The notes under the pieces were generated by a model. It saw only the letters and a list, made by a program, of their open reading frames with translations, did not search any database and had not been told where the DNA came from. Made by a program: the position numbers and the translations under genes. From Chiloscyllium plagiosum (Eukaryota), in assembly GCF_004010195.1 (NCBI RefSeq), contig NC_057719.1:21156418-21220417 (forward strand): a stretch of 64,000 nt of DNA. The letters run 5' to 3'. Of this stretch, positions 37,469 through 50,469 are shown in pieces; within the stretch, counting starts at the first letter, position 1, and each line of letters starts with the position of its first letter.

Positions 37469-39977
37469 GCACTCACCAAAGTGCCTTAAAATATATCATC
37501 ATTCTTTCAGTGTCATTCAGTCATATCCTGGAAATCCTGCCTGAAGGGCATTGTGGGTCTACCTACAGCAGATACACTGCAGCAGTTCAAGAAGGCAGCT
37601 CACCACCACTTTCTCAAGGGCAACTAGGGACAAGCAGTAAATGCTGGCCTAGCCAGTGATGCTAACATCCCATGAATGAATAAATTTAGAAAAAGGTCAT
37701 CACAAACAAGTTGCCAGTCACAGAGAGTGGCATATTGCTTGGTTTCTATGCTGAACTGGCCTTCAGGCTGTGTTTGCTGGGGCAGAAGAGATGGCATATG
37801 ATGTGGTGGAGAAGATCTATTGATCAGACCCAGCAGTGGACCAGAGATTGTTTTACAGTATTGGAGAATCATGAACAGCATGCCAGAAAAATGTTCTGTG
37901 CCTTCTTGAACAGCCTGAAGCAGTCCCTTTTAAGTGTCATTATGTAATAAGTACCTCTCAATGGGACCTTTGATAATCAGATTGCTTGTTTCCATTGTTT
38001 TATTAAAAGTTATTAAAATCATTTATTCATAAAGGCAACTTATTAAGGTGACCCAGTTATTTCCCTCACCAAATAAAAATAAATAATTTAAAACACTCTC
38101 TTGGGATCTTGTAATAAACTCTTCCAAATTGATCTGCAATTTCCTGGAATAGTTTTCCAAACATAGTTGCATACTATTGATTATTCTGTTAAACTCTGAT
38201 GGGGAGATCATACAACTTTCTCCGTCGTGTATTTGAGCTTTGCAAGCTCTCTTTGTAACATGAGATTTAAAAACATGAAAATGAAGATCATGAAACAGGG
38301 ATTATCTATTCCACTGGTATCAGGTCATTACGAACATGAGGGGAAGCTAAGATTAAGCAAGGAAGTACTTACATGGAATGAAATTGGAGTTTTACACTGG
38401 AGTGAGGAATCATTTGTCTGTCTGCTCCTTTTTCCCATGAGCCTTGCTTTATCTAAAGATACCCCTTTTTTTTCCAAAAGGGGTCTGTTTGACTGTCCTA
38501 ACTGCCCTCCATCACTATTGTCAACTGCTGTTGGAATTCCTGCTACAGTCGCTTGCGCTCCCCAGCTCAGAGAATTTTCTGTTACACATTTTTAAATTTA
38601 TTTAAGCAGTATGTAACAGATCACCTACCTCACAATGCTAAGACTCATACCGAATAAAGGCTACTATTCTCAGTTTCTTCATAGCACAATATCTCAGGAA
38701 AAATAAAGATGCTATGTAAGTGCAATGATTTTAAAACTTCAATTTCTCAGGTTTAATAGTCTTTGTCTTTACGAACCGCTCCACCACAATCTTCATACTT
38801 CTACACTTGCCCATCCATTCTCCCGTGCTTTCTACATGTTGCAGTCCAATTTATTGAGTTTATCTTTAGCAACGGAGAGGGATGGTCATATACCCCAGGG
38901 CAAGAGTTATAGCTGGGGAAAGGCAATTATGATGCGATTTGGCAAGATTTAGGATGCAAAAGATGGGAAAAGAAATGCAGCAGATGGGCACAATTAAAAT
39001 GTGGAGCTTGTTAAAGGAACAGCTACTGCATGTCCTTGGTAAGTATGTACCTGTCAGGCAGGGAGGAAGTGGTCAAGTGAGAGAACTGTGGTTTTCTAAA
39101 GAAGTTGAATCTCTTGTCAAGAAGAAGAAAGAGGTTATGTAAAGATGAGATGTGAAGGCTTAGTTAGGGCGCTTGAGAGTTACAAGTTAGCCATGACGGA
39201 CCTAAAGAGAGAGCTAAGAGGAGCCAGGAGGGGACATGAGAAATCTTTGGCAGGTAGGAAAGGAAAATCATAAAGATTTCTATAGGTATGTCAGGAATAA
39301 AAAAATGATGAGGGCAAGATTAGGGCCAGTCAAGGACAGCAGTGAGAAGTTGTGCATGGAGTCTGAAGAGTTAGGAGAGGCGCTAAATGAATCTTTTCCA
39401 TCAGTATTCACACAGGAAAAGAACAATGTTGTTATGGAGAATACTGAGATACAGGCTATTAAACTAGATGGGATTCAGGCTTATAAGGAGGAGATGTTAG
39501 CAATTCTGGAAAGTGCGAAAATAGATAAGTGCCCTGGGCTGGATGGGATTTATCTGAGGATTCTCTGGGAAACTAGGAAGGAGATTACAGAGCCTTTGAC
39601 TTTGACCTATATGTTGTTATTGTCTACAGGAATAGTGCCAGAAGACTGGAGGATAACAAATATTGTCCCCTTGTTCAAAAAAGGGGAGTAGAAACAACCC
39701 TGCTAATTATAGACCAGTGAGCCTTACTTCTGTTGTGGGCAAAGTTTTGAAAAGGATATAAGAGATACGATTTATAATCATCTAGAAAGGAATAATTTGA
39801 TTAGGGATAGTCAACACGGTTTTGTGAAGGGTAGATCATGCCTCACAAACCTTACTGAGTTCTTTGAAAAGGTGACCAAACAGGTGGATGAGGATCAAGC
39901 TGTTGATGTGGTGTATATGGTTTTCAATAAAGCATTTGAGAAGGTTACCCTTGGTAGGCTATTGCAGAAAATACGGA

Positions 39978-40120
39978 TGATGTGGAGGAGCCAGTGTTGG
40001 ACTGGGGTGGACAAAGTTAAAAATCCCACAACACCAGGTTATAGTCCAACAGGTTTATTTGGAAGCACTAGCTTTTGCAACAACCACCTGATGAAGGAAC
40101 AGGTTGGACTATAACCTGGT
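39978..40120. mobile_element. Small palindromic PLE family B insertion inside CR1
   Basis: ACCAGGTTATAGTCCAAC ... GTTGGACTATAACCTGGT; imperfect TSD TATTGCAGAAAATACGGA / TATTGTAAGAAAATAGGGA. Confidence 0.8.
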
Positions 40121-40839
40121 ATTGTAAGAAAATAGGGAGGCATGGGATCGAGGGTGATTTCACAGCTTGGATCAGAAATTGGCCAGCTGTAAGAAGACAG
40201 AAGGTGGTGGTTGAAGGGAAATGTTCATCCTGGAGTTCAGTTACTAATGTTGTACTGTTTGTCGTTTTTATAAATGACCTGGATGAGGATATAGCAGGAT
40301 GGGTTAGTACATCTGCGGATGACACTAAATTCGGTGGAGTTGTAGACAGTGTGGAAGGATGTTGCAGGTTACAGAGGGACATAGAAAAGCTGAAGAACTG
40401 GGCTGAGAGGTAGCAAATGGAGTTTAATGTGGAAAAAAGTGAGGTGATTCACTTTAGAAGGAGTAATAAGAATACAGAGTACTGGACTAATGGTAAGATT
40501 CTTGGTAGTGTGGATGAGCTGAGAGATCTCGGTGTCCATGTGCATAGATCCCTGAAACTTGCCATCCAGGTTGATTGGGTTGTTAAGAAAGCATACAGCG
40601 TGTTTGCTTTTATTGGTAGTGGGATTGCGTTTTGGAGCCATGAAGTCATGGTGCAGTTGTACAAAACTCTGGTGCGGTGGCACTTGGAGTACTGGGTACA
40701 GATCTGGTCACAGCATATTAGGAAGAATGTGGAAGCATTGGAAAGGGTGCAGAGGAGATATACCAGGATATTGTCTAGTATAGAGAGAAGGTTTTATGAG
40801 GAAAGGCTGAGGGACTTGAGGCTGTTTTCCTTAAGGAGA

Positions 40840-41149
40840 GGCGGCACGGTGGCACAGTGGTTAGCACTGCTGCCTCACAGCGCCAGAGACCCGGGTTCAA
40901 TTCCTGCCTCAGGCGACTGTGTGGAGTTTGCACGTTCTCCCCGTATCTGCGTGGGTTTCTTCCGGGTGCTCCGGTTTCCTCCCACAGTCCAAAGATGTGC
41001 AGGTCAGGTGAATTGGCCATGCTAAATTGCCTGTAGTGTTAGGTAAGGGGTAAATGTAGGGGTATGGGTGGGTTGCACTTCGGCGGGTCGGTGTGGACTT
41101 GTTGGGCCGAAGGGCCTGTTTCCACACTGTAATGTAATCTAAAAAAAAA
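40840..41149 (+). mobile_element. HE1-type V-SINE inside CR1
   Basis: Full head, V-domain and tail. Confidence 0.9.
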
Positions 41150-42243
41150 GATGATCAGAGGATTAGATAGGGTAGACAGTGAGGGCCTTTTTCCTTGGAT
41201 GGTGATGGCTAACACAAGGGGATATAGATTTAAATTGAGGGATGATAGATATGGGACAGATATCAGAGGTAGTTTCTTTACTCAGAGAGTAGTAAAGGCC
41301 TGGAATGCTTTGCCTGCAACAGTAGTGGACTCGCCAACATTAAGGGCATTTCAATGGTCCTTGGATAAGCATATGGAGATAAAGTAATAATATAGGTTCG
41401 ATGGGCTTTAGATTGGTTTCACAGGTCGGCGCAACAGAGAGGGCCAAAGGGCCAGTACTGCGCTGTAAATGTTCTATGTAACCTTGACAGATTTCACATA
41501 GGACACTTTCACCTCCACATGATCAGCTGAGAGGAACTATGGAACCTGGAGGGAACTTACATAAATAATATAACTGAGCAAATGGCAGATCTCAATGTAG
41601 AGAACAACGACTATGAAAATGCCACAGGTTATTTTAAAATCATTTATAAAGATGAATAACTATGATTCTTTCAGGTTTCAGGAAATAGATATTTTTGAAT
41701 CACTGAGTGTCTTCTTCGACTACACTGTTTTGCAGTTTGTTTCATATGTTAAGCATGTTTTACTTAAAGAATTTCATTATCTTATATTTCATGCCAGAAT
41801 TCTGGAAACAACCCTCATAATCTGAAAAGTTCTATCACATCTCCATCAACAAAGAAAAATCCCTATGTATGATGTCACAGCGTTTGTCCCAACTCGGTAC
41901 GGTTCAGTTGGAATTTGTTAGTCCTTCCTTCAGTTCCATTTCACATTAAACACAGCATCTTAGAATCTGTTACATTGAAAATACATACCATTTTAAAATA
42001 TCTTTTTTTTAATGTCTGTGCTATATATTTTCTTTAAGGATACCCAAGATCATGTTTTTTGTTTAACAACTGAAATACTGAATTAATAACCTTCATGACA
42101 ATGTTCTTTCTCCAGCTTGCATTGGGGACAAGGTTGTGATATTATTGTAATGTTGTTGTAACTGGTAATCTAGGGGCCCAAAATAATTGTTTGGGAACAT
42201 GGGTCAAAATTCCATCGTGGAAGCTGTTAGGATTTAACAACAA

Positions 42244-42445
42244 CAGATGTTGCTGGAAAAGCTCTGGCAGCATCTGTGAAGAGAAATCAGAGATAACTGA
42301 TTTTTGTAGTTTTGCAGTTGTGAGGAACCGAAACGTTAACTCTGATTTCCCTTCACAAATGTTGCCAGACCTACTGAGCTTTTCCAGCAACTTCTGGTTA
42401 TGTTTCTGATTTACAGCATCCACTATTTCTTTTGGACTTTATCTG
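42244..42445. mobile_element. Older palindromic PLE (family A-related) inserted in a tRNA SINE
   Basis: GTTGCTGGAAAAGCTC..AAATCAGAG / CTCTGATTT..GAGCTTTTCCAGCAAC; imperfect TSD TAG.ATTTAA.AA.AA. Confidence 0.65.
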
Positions 42446-43879
42446 GTAGCATTTAATAATAATCTAGAATGTTAAGCAAGTCTCATTAATGTCAACTGAC
42501 AGTGATTGTTGTAAATATCTATTTGGTTCATGAACATACTTTAGGGAAGGATGTCTAGTTCACATGAGACTCCAGACCTATAGCAATGTAGCCAATGCTA
42601 AATTGCTCTCTGAAATAACCCAAATTCAGGAAAAGTTAGAGATTGCCAACACACAACAATTAACAATCCTATTCCATGAGAGAATGAAAGAAAATGAAGG
42701 ATTCATACTAGGCTACATTTTTTTCTGGCAAGCGCAATCATTTTAAAATTGGTTTTAGTTGGTTCTGCCATATTTATGTCTAGACTCAACTACCTCTTGC
42801 AGAATTTCTAAACAGTTGCTGTCATTTACTCCCGCTTTTCATGCCATCTTTACAATGAAATGCTGAATCATGTAAAATGTCAATCATACAGCTGTAGACT
42901 GATGCTGCAATAACAAAATGGGCAACCAGAAAAAAAATCAACCATTAAGAATTAGTGAAAAACAATGTACCTTGTAATTTTTGAGGTTAGAATCCTTATT
43001 CTTGGTCAGATGAGAGGATAAGTAATCTTTTTCTTTCAAAGTGGAGTCGGGGAAATGAAGTTATCCTCTTCCTTAAAGCAATGGAAAATGGATGGAATGG
43101 AAAGAAAAGGTGCACTGTAACATAAACAATGTGAGATTATTCATTTGGCAATAAGTATAATAAAACAGTATACTTTTTAAATGTGAAAAACTTGTATTTG
43201 TTGGTGTTCTGAGAGACGTTGGTATGCTCATTCAAGGTTAGACGGAAGACTAACATAGAGATATACTAAGAAATAAGGAAGGCAAATGGAAAGCTTACTA
43301 CAATGGGATTGAAGTCTGTGCAAAGTACCCTGGGGTCTGTCACGATGCCTACATCATTGAGAACTCATGTTCTTGCTCCAATTCAAGGGCCAGGTGCCTT
43401 ACAATGATGGTTACTGAGAAACCATGGCTAATGATTCTGTCGGCTTGTTGAAGGTGAGGGTCTCATGCTTGGATCAGTCTGCAGGTAGCCTTGCAGTCCA
43501 ATCCAGACAGAGAGTGCCACATATTCCCAGTTAGTGTACCATGTAAACTGCCTGTTCTGCACAAGTGGTGCAGGCAAAGTGGGCATGCTTTGAAATTCTC
43601 TAAAAGTGACACTCGAAAATTTTTGATAAATTCCAGCCCAAACTATCAATAATGGTCCATTTTCCCATTTGATTATGACATATCCTTGTAGCATGAACGA
43701 GCTGGACCAAAGGGTGTGTTTCCATGTGGTATGACTCTAACAAAAATCTACCAACATCGTTGTCAATTACTCAAGTATCCACAGATTTCCTGGCAGAGAA
43801 TGTTCCAGATTTCCATGACCTTTCATGTAAAAACACCTTTCTTGATTTTGTTGCATAATTCTATTAGGGTAATAATCAG

Positions 43880-46133
43880 GATTTGAAGATGCCGGTGTTG
43901 GACTGCTGGTGTACAAAGTTAAAAATCACACAACACCAGGTTATAGTCCAGGTTTAATTGGAAGCACACTAGCTTTTGGAGCGTTGCTCCTTCATCAGGT
44001 GGTCGTGGTCGGCTCAATCCTAACACACAGAATTTATTGCAAAAATTTACAGAATGTTGTAACTGAAGTTATACATTGAAAAATTGATTGTCTGTTAAGC
44101 CTTCCATCTGTTAGAATACCAGGACAGTTTCACTTCTTTCATGTGTAAATCACAAAACCTTTTTTTAAAAAGGTTGCATTCTCAGGTTAGCTGTTAAAAA
44201 TGGTGATAGCTAGACAATATGTTGAAGGTGTTAGCCCCCTGTGTTCTCTGTCTATGCCATGATGTTTAGATTGATTGTAATCTAAAAAGTCAGATAATGG
44301 AGTTTTGCATGAATTCATGCAGTTTTGAGCAAAGTACAATGTAACCCTGCAAGTACAAATTCACCCCACAAANNNNNNNNNNNNNNNNNNNNNNNNNNNN
44401 CAATGGTGGTCACCTGTAATGTGACATGAACCCAAGGTCCCGGTTGAGGCCCTCCCTATGGACTTAGCTATCAGCCTCTGCTCGGCCATTTTTCGCTGCT
44501 GCCTGTCCCGAAGTCCGCCTTGGAGGATGGTCACCCGAAGGTCCGAGGTCGAATGTCCTGGACCACTGAAGTGTTCCCCAACTGGGAGGGAACATTCCTG
44601 TCTGTTGATTTTTGTGCTGTGCCCATTCATCCGTTGTCGTAGCCATTGCTCTGTTTCCCCAATGTACAATATCTCCGGGCATCCTTGCCAGACAACGTTG
44701 ATTGAGTCACATGAGTACCTGCCATGTACAAGGTTGGAGGTGTCCCCATGCATAATAGTGGTATCTATGTCCACACTCTAACACGTCTTGCATCGCCTAC
44801 CATGACAGGGTTGTATGGAGTTGTCCTGAGAGCCGGGCAGCTTGCTACGAACAACTATCTGTTTGAGGTTTGGCGGTTGTTTAAAGGCAAGTAGAGGAGG
44901 TGTGGGGAAGGTCTTGGTGAGGTGCTCATCCTCATTGATAATGTGTTGCCAGTCACGAAGAACATGGCGTAGTTTTTCAGCTCCTGGGAAATACTGAACA
45001 ACAAAGGGTACCCTGTCGGTTGCAGCATGTGTCTGTCTCCTGAGGAGGTCATTACGATTCCTTGCTGTGGCACATCGGAACTGGCGGTCGATGAGTTGGG
45101 CATCGTACCCCGTTCTTGTGAGGGCATCCCTGAGTACTTCCAGGTGTCTGTCACGTTCCTCCTCATCTGAGCAGATCCGGTGTACGCGTAGGGCTTGTCC
45201 ATATGGGATGGCTGTTTTAATATGTTTTGGGTGGAAGCTGGAGAAGTGAAGCATTGTGAGGTTGTCTGTGGGTTTGCAGTAGATTGTGGTGCTGAGGTGT
45301 CCATCCTTGATGGAGATGTATGTGTCCAAGAATGAGACAAATAGTCGAGAGTAGTCCATGGTGAGTTTGATGGTGGGATGAAACTTGATGTCACTGTGTA
45401 GTTTTATCAGTGACACCTCACCATGGGTCCAGAGGAAGAAAATGTTGTCAATGTACCTAGTGTATAATGTTGGTTGGAGATCCTGCATAGAGCAGAAGTC
45501 TTGTTTGAACCTGTGCATAAAGATGTTGGTAATATTGGGGTGCACATTTCGTCCCCATGGCTGTTCCACGGGGACCCTCACAGACTTAAGACACTCTGCA
45601 CTCACTACACACAAACATACACTTTCCCACACTCACAACCCCTAACCCAGACAGACACACAGACAGACAAAGACTCACATGCACACATATATTTTGTGGA
45701 GTGAATTTGTACTTGCAGAGTTACATTGTACTTTACTCAAAAACTGCATGAATTTATGTAAAACTCTGTTATCTCACTTTTTAGATTAGAATCAATCTAA
45801 ACATCATGGCATAGACAGAGAACACAGGGGGCTAACACCTTCAACACATTGTCTAGCTATCACCATTGTTAACAGCTAACCTGAGAATGCAACTTCTTTT
45901 AAAAAAATGTTTTGTGATTTACACATGAAAGAAGTGAAACTGTTATGGTATTCTAACAGATGGAAGGCTTAACAGGCAATCAATTTTTCAATGTATAATT
46001 TCAGTTACATCACACTGTAAATTTTTGCTATAAATTCTGTGTTACGATTGAGCCCTCCACTACCACCTGATGAAGGAGCGACGCTCCGAAAGCTAGTGTG
46101 CTTCCAATTAAACCTGTTGAACTATAACCTGGT
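43880..46133 (-). mobile_element. PLE family B (Neptune-like): RT C-half, Cys linker, GIY-YIG, 3' pLTR and an upstream inverted pLTR
   Basis: YTRYIDNIFFLW, HPKHIKTAIPYGQALR, PCHGRRCKTC, LYIGETEQ.LRQRMNGH; arms ~43937-44372 / 45690-46133; perfect TSD GGTAATAATCA. Confidence 0.9.
46064..46098 (+). ncRNA. Minimal hammerhead ribozyme motif (family B), intact core
   Basis: CAC-CTGATGA-A-GGAGC(GAC)GCTCC-GAAA-GCTA-GTG. Confidence 0.75.
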
Positions 46134-47996
46134 AATAATCACATACAGGAAGTCATGCAATGTCAAATGATCTGAATCTTTCTTGCAGGAATTTGTGGCA
46201 AGATATGGTTATAGAGAGACATAGCTTAATAACGTTAACGTTTCTCTACCAGTGCAGACTGTAAATATTCCTCAGTGACACAATAAGGTAAAGATATTAA
46301 GGAACTTACTTTTAAATAGCAGAGTGCTAATTTTAAGATCAGTTGCTTAAAGGCTTGACTGTTCAGGATATCTTTTTTACAAGATAGAGATACTTTGTAC
46401 TCAAATTAAGTCCTTTTTTAAACACTTTAAACAAGTTAAACAACTCAATCAACTCAATCAATCATCGGTTAAACTTCTAAATGCCAAGGAATGGTAACAA
46501 CCTTTTCCAATCTCTTCTTATAATTTAATATTTACACTCCCATTTGGAATCTGCAGAATTGACATGAAATATTTGAACAGATTTTCAAATCATTGGCATT
46601 AACCATGAGGAGATGCTCTATTAATTTAGTTTAACAAATGGCAATCTCGAACAGATCAGCATGCACCTCACTTCCTTTCAGAAGGTTTCTTTGTTTCTGC
46701 TGTACTTCAATGTATAATCTATGATTCTGTTTATTTGAAACATGTATTTGAAACAATTTATATCAGTAATTGCTTAAAAATAACCTCATCCGTATATTTG
46801 AGAAAATACACAATTTATATTTCTATAAGAGTCAAGAAAAGAAGTATTTCACAGATCTTAAACAACTATATTAATCACCAGGGTATAATAGCTTTATAAT
46901 TATATTGCTGGAGTGGTAATCCAGAGGCACGGATGAATAATTCAGTGACATAAATTCAAATCCCACTTTACCAACTGGGAAATTTAAATTCAATTAATTA
47001 AGTAAGTCTGGAATAAAGATCAAGGGTGGAGTTTTCCATTCTGTTGAGTGGCATGGGCTATGGTGGGAATTTAAGGAAAAATCAAATTCTGATATCAAGA
47101 AAAATATTTTTGATTTTCTCCTTCAGCTTTTAATAGTGCGCTCAGAACCTCACTCATGAGCAGCGACTACTTTCATTCCAATTGTGATGATTTCATTATT
47201 AGTTAATAAACTCCCAATTCTTCCCTTCTTCCATGAGAAATCAAAATGGCACAAATTCCTGACATGAAACTCACTGTGGTTACCTGGGCATAGCAAGTCA
47301 GGTACTTGGTCCTGTCAGAGGCTGGGGATCAATGCTTTTGTAGTCGTGGGGTTGGTCCATGGTCAATCCAAAAGGTCAAGTGCAACCAATCTAGCAAAAG
47401 CAGGTACGTCACTTGGTGTTCTGACAAGGCATCAGTCCAGAGGCAGTCTCACTGATTCAGTTTGGGTGTAGGCTTTAGGTAGCTCTAAGTGTTTGGGAAT
47501 TAGGGTCAGGGGCCAGTCCGTAGAGTCATGGGCAAACTGGAAAGCTCCAGTCTGTGATTGGGCTTCACTGGATTCAATCATTATGGGATTGGTAGTAGTC
47601 AAAGTGGACAATTTAAAATAGAAGGATGGGGTCTTGTAGATCATTGGAGAGAATGGAGAGTTTCAGCAGTGGGAGGTTCAAAGGTCACAATTATTCTGGC
47701 CTCCACGTGACATGAGTGTATGGCAAACTAGGGTATGGTATTTCATAAAGCCATGGGCTCAGGAGTGAATTGGGGACATTAACAGTAATGTAAAGGGGCT
47801 AAACAAAATAATGAGGAAAGGACTGAAAGTCATTGGAAATGCAAGGAAAGCAACAGAAAAGAGATCATGAAAGTTAGGGGTCATCTAAGGCAGAGGCTGC
47901 AAGTCACTCACGAGGACACAAAATTCAACAGAACTTCAACTACACAATAATGTTACAAAATAGACACTACATGCAGTGTGGGCAGAGTAAGTTGCT

Positions 47997-48200
47997 AGGC
48001 AAAAGTGAGGACTGCAGATGCTGTAAACCAGAGTTTAGATCAGAGTGTTGCCGGAAAAGCACAGCAGGTCAGGCAGCACCCGAGGAGCAGGAAAATCGAC
48101 ATTTCGGGCAAAAGCCTGATGAAGGGCTTTTGCCCGAAACGTTGATTTTCCTGCTCCTCGGATGCTGCCTGACTTGCTGTGCTTTTCCAGCACCACTCTG
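47997..48200. mobile_element. Palindromic PLE family A mini-insertion
   Basis: Inverted arms meeting at ~48115; CTGATGA-AGGGC(TTTT)GCCC-GAAACGTT; TSD AGAGTAA(G/A)TTGCT. Confidence 0.85.
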
Positions 48201-48744
48201 AGAGTAAATTGCTGTTTTACACTCCGTGCAGAGCATAATTCTTCGCTAGGGACACCATCTGGCATCAAAATGTAATTCATTGGCAGGTCATTTGTTTTGC
48301 ATGAAAAAAGGTTATAGCCTCAAGCAATCAAGACCATTATATTGTTTGACACCTTATCTTAGATATGTAAATCTATCCAGACCCTTGATATGATATCTGG
48401 GACTGGAGAGATTTTCCTTTATAAATGTACACCATCAGGAATGCTAATCTGATCTCCCCTCTCTATCTGCCATAGATGCAGTGATGGGTTTTTACCTTCA
48501 GCATGGCACTTGTACCATTCCCTTAATGATTACATCTAATGAACCTCAATCACAGACTACAGCTTCCGAGTGATACTTACATTTAGTTCTTATGTAACAG
48601 GAGCGAAAGTAAGTCTAATACTGAAAGACATTTATCACAGCTCCTGTTATCTAAATATATTACAATTGCACAAACTGTTGTGAGCAATTTGGTTACAAAC
48701 TGTTGCACCATGACATACTGAAGAAATACGCAAGTGGCCTCTGT

Positions 48745-49463
48745 AAGATGGAGTCTTTATACAATTAGATCACGTGGTATGATACAGACTCCAGGCAGCT
48801 GCTCCAGACCTCCTTTCCTTATCCTTTTTGATTTCATTATTTTCAGTTTTCTTTTGTTTTGTCGTCTTCCTGTTGGTGATGGCAGAGATGGGGAGTGACA
48901 TTGCGGAGAGGAGTGGCTGGGCAGGACTTGTGACGAGACGGTGGCCTGGCCTGGTGGGGGAACCAGCAACTCATGGTTGTGATGTGCCCAGAGTGGGCAG
49001 CTCCAGGCGTTGGTGAGGAGGCAGCTGAAGCAGCGGTAATGTGACATGCCCGGGGTGTGGTGTCAGGCCTTGGCGAGGAGGCTGCAGCAGCTCCTGGTTG
49101 TGGTCGGCCCGGAGCCAGGATCTCCTAGTTGCTGGCAAGGTGGCAGAACTGGGGGCTTCTGGTTGCGGGGCGATTGTGGGTCAAGCATGGGACCCATCAG
49201 TGGGGTGTGCCCAGTGATGAAGAGATGGCAACCTGAAGAATGATGACTCTGACGTTGGTGGATCCAGTGCAGGTGGCAGCGTGGGTGCCATTCAGCAGGC
49301 TTGGGACTCATGGCAGAGACAGCAGAGCGAAGATGGATCTTCTTTCAGCTTTGTCTTTTTATTTTTGAAGCATTTGACTGGCACCAGACTGTTGCAACAA
49401 CTGAAGCTTTTCACTGTATTTTACTGTGTGGTGTACAAGTGACAATAAATCATCATTCATTCA
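48745..49463 (+). mobile_element. Non-coding retroelement (AAGATGG start, GC-rich body, TTTTCACTGTA..GTGACAATAAA-(ATTC)n tail)
   Basis: Architecture shared with 53160-53823 and 34778-35737. Confidence 0.55.
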
Positions 49464-50469
49464 TAACTGTGATATTGTGTCTCTTAAAGGTATATTGCAT
49501 ACTAGCTGTAAGACATGACGCAAAATTGCTAACTTAAACGTCTGAGCTGGGTTTGCCAGTTGTGAATCACATTTCATACCTGATACTGGAAGAGAACGCT
49601 TTGGATGTGCAACATCACAAACTAGAGTATATAATTGTGCAAGCACATCCTTTAATGGTAGTGCTAATAGAATGAAACTTTCCCTTGGAGATGGACAGAT
49701 GATTCCATAAGCTCAGACAGGATGATGTTACATATCAATGATTTGTGCAGGGCAGGCCCCACTGCAATTCCTGAACACTACCTTCAGCCTCAGGGTTACC
49801 CATATTAAATTGCAACAATTTGCTTATAGTCAACAACATCACAGTTTCAGGGTCAGTGACATCTAATGCTGCCTGCAGTCAATGAGTTGGTTGCTTCTGA
49901 GACATTGGTTGGCCACAACAATTTCTTGCATCCACAGGATGTTTGCAGAGGCTGCTCATCTCCCATGTGGTTGTGACTTCACCAGGCTCAACAGGAATCA
50001 GAGCACGAGAGCTGGGATTTTAAGAATGCAAATAGATTTATATTTTTAGAAATACAAAAGTATTTATGAAGATGTGTCTCCTGAGCCATCTATGTGCTCT
50101 CAGTAGAACGTTATTTTTCCTTTCCCTATATCTTCTAGTGCAATCAGAATTTCTGAAGCTGGGGAAGGCTCATCTGATCTGCAGTTGGCCCTGTTACCCT
50201 CGGAAAGGGGTCTGTTTCTTCCCAGGGTCATTTAAGCCAAGAGGGTCCAGGCCTGCTGAAAGTGTCTTGCCCAGGTGCTGACTCATCCTCTTCAGCTTGG
50301 GCTATTGCTGCAGCCTTTGGCATCATAGGCAGTGCTAAGATGGAGGGGCAGTATACTACCTCTTGTGTCCTGAGAGGAAGCTTCTGTGGGTCCCCTGCAT
50401 GGCTCTACCCTCCTATGGATGTTCTGCTGTTGCGATCCTGTCTCTGTAAGAGGTGAGGTCAATGTCTTT

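Larger units (their letters stand above)
38860..41480 (+). mobile_element. Degenerate CR1 ORF2 + 3' UTR with two nested insertions
   Basis: [42 protein letters not shown] fragments. Confidence 0.9.

Noticed and set aside
46189..46287. Exon-like segment (TTTCTTGCAG ... AAG/GTAAAG)
   Set aside because: Stop codons in all three frames; a non-coding exon cannot be supported without transcript data.
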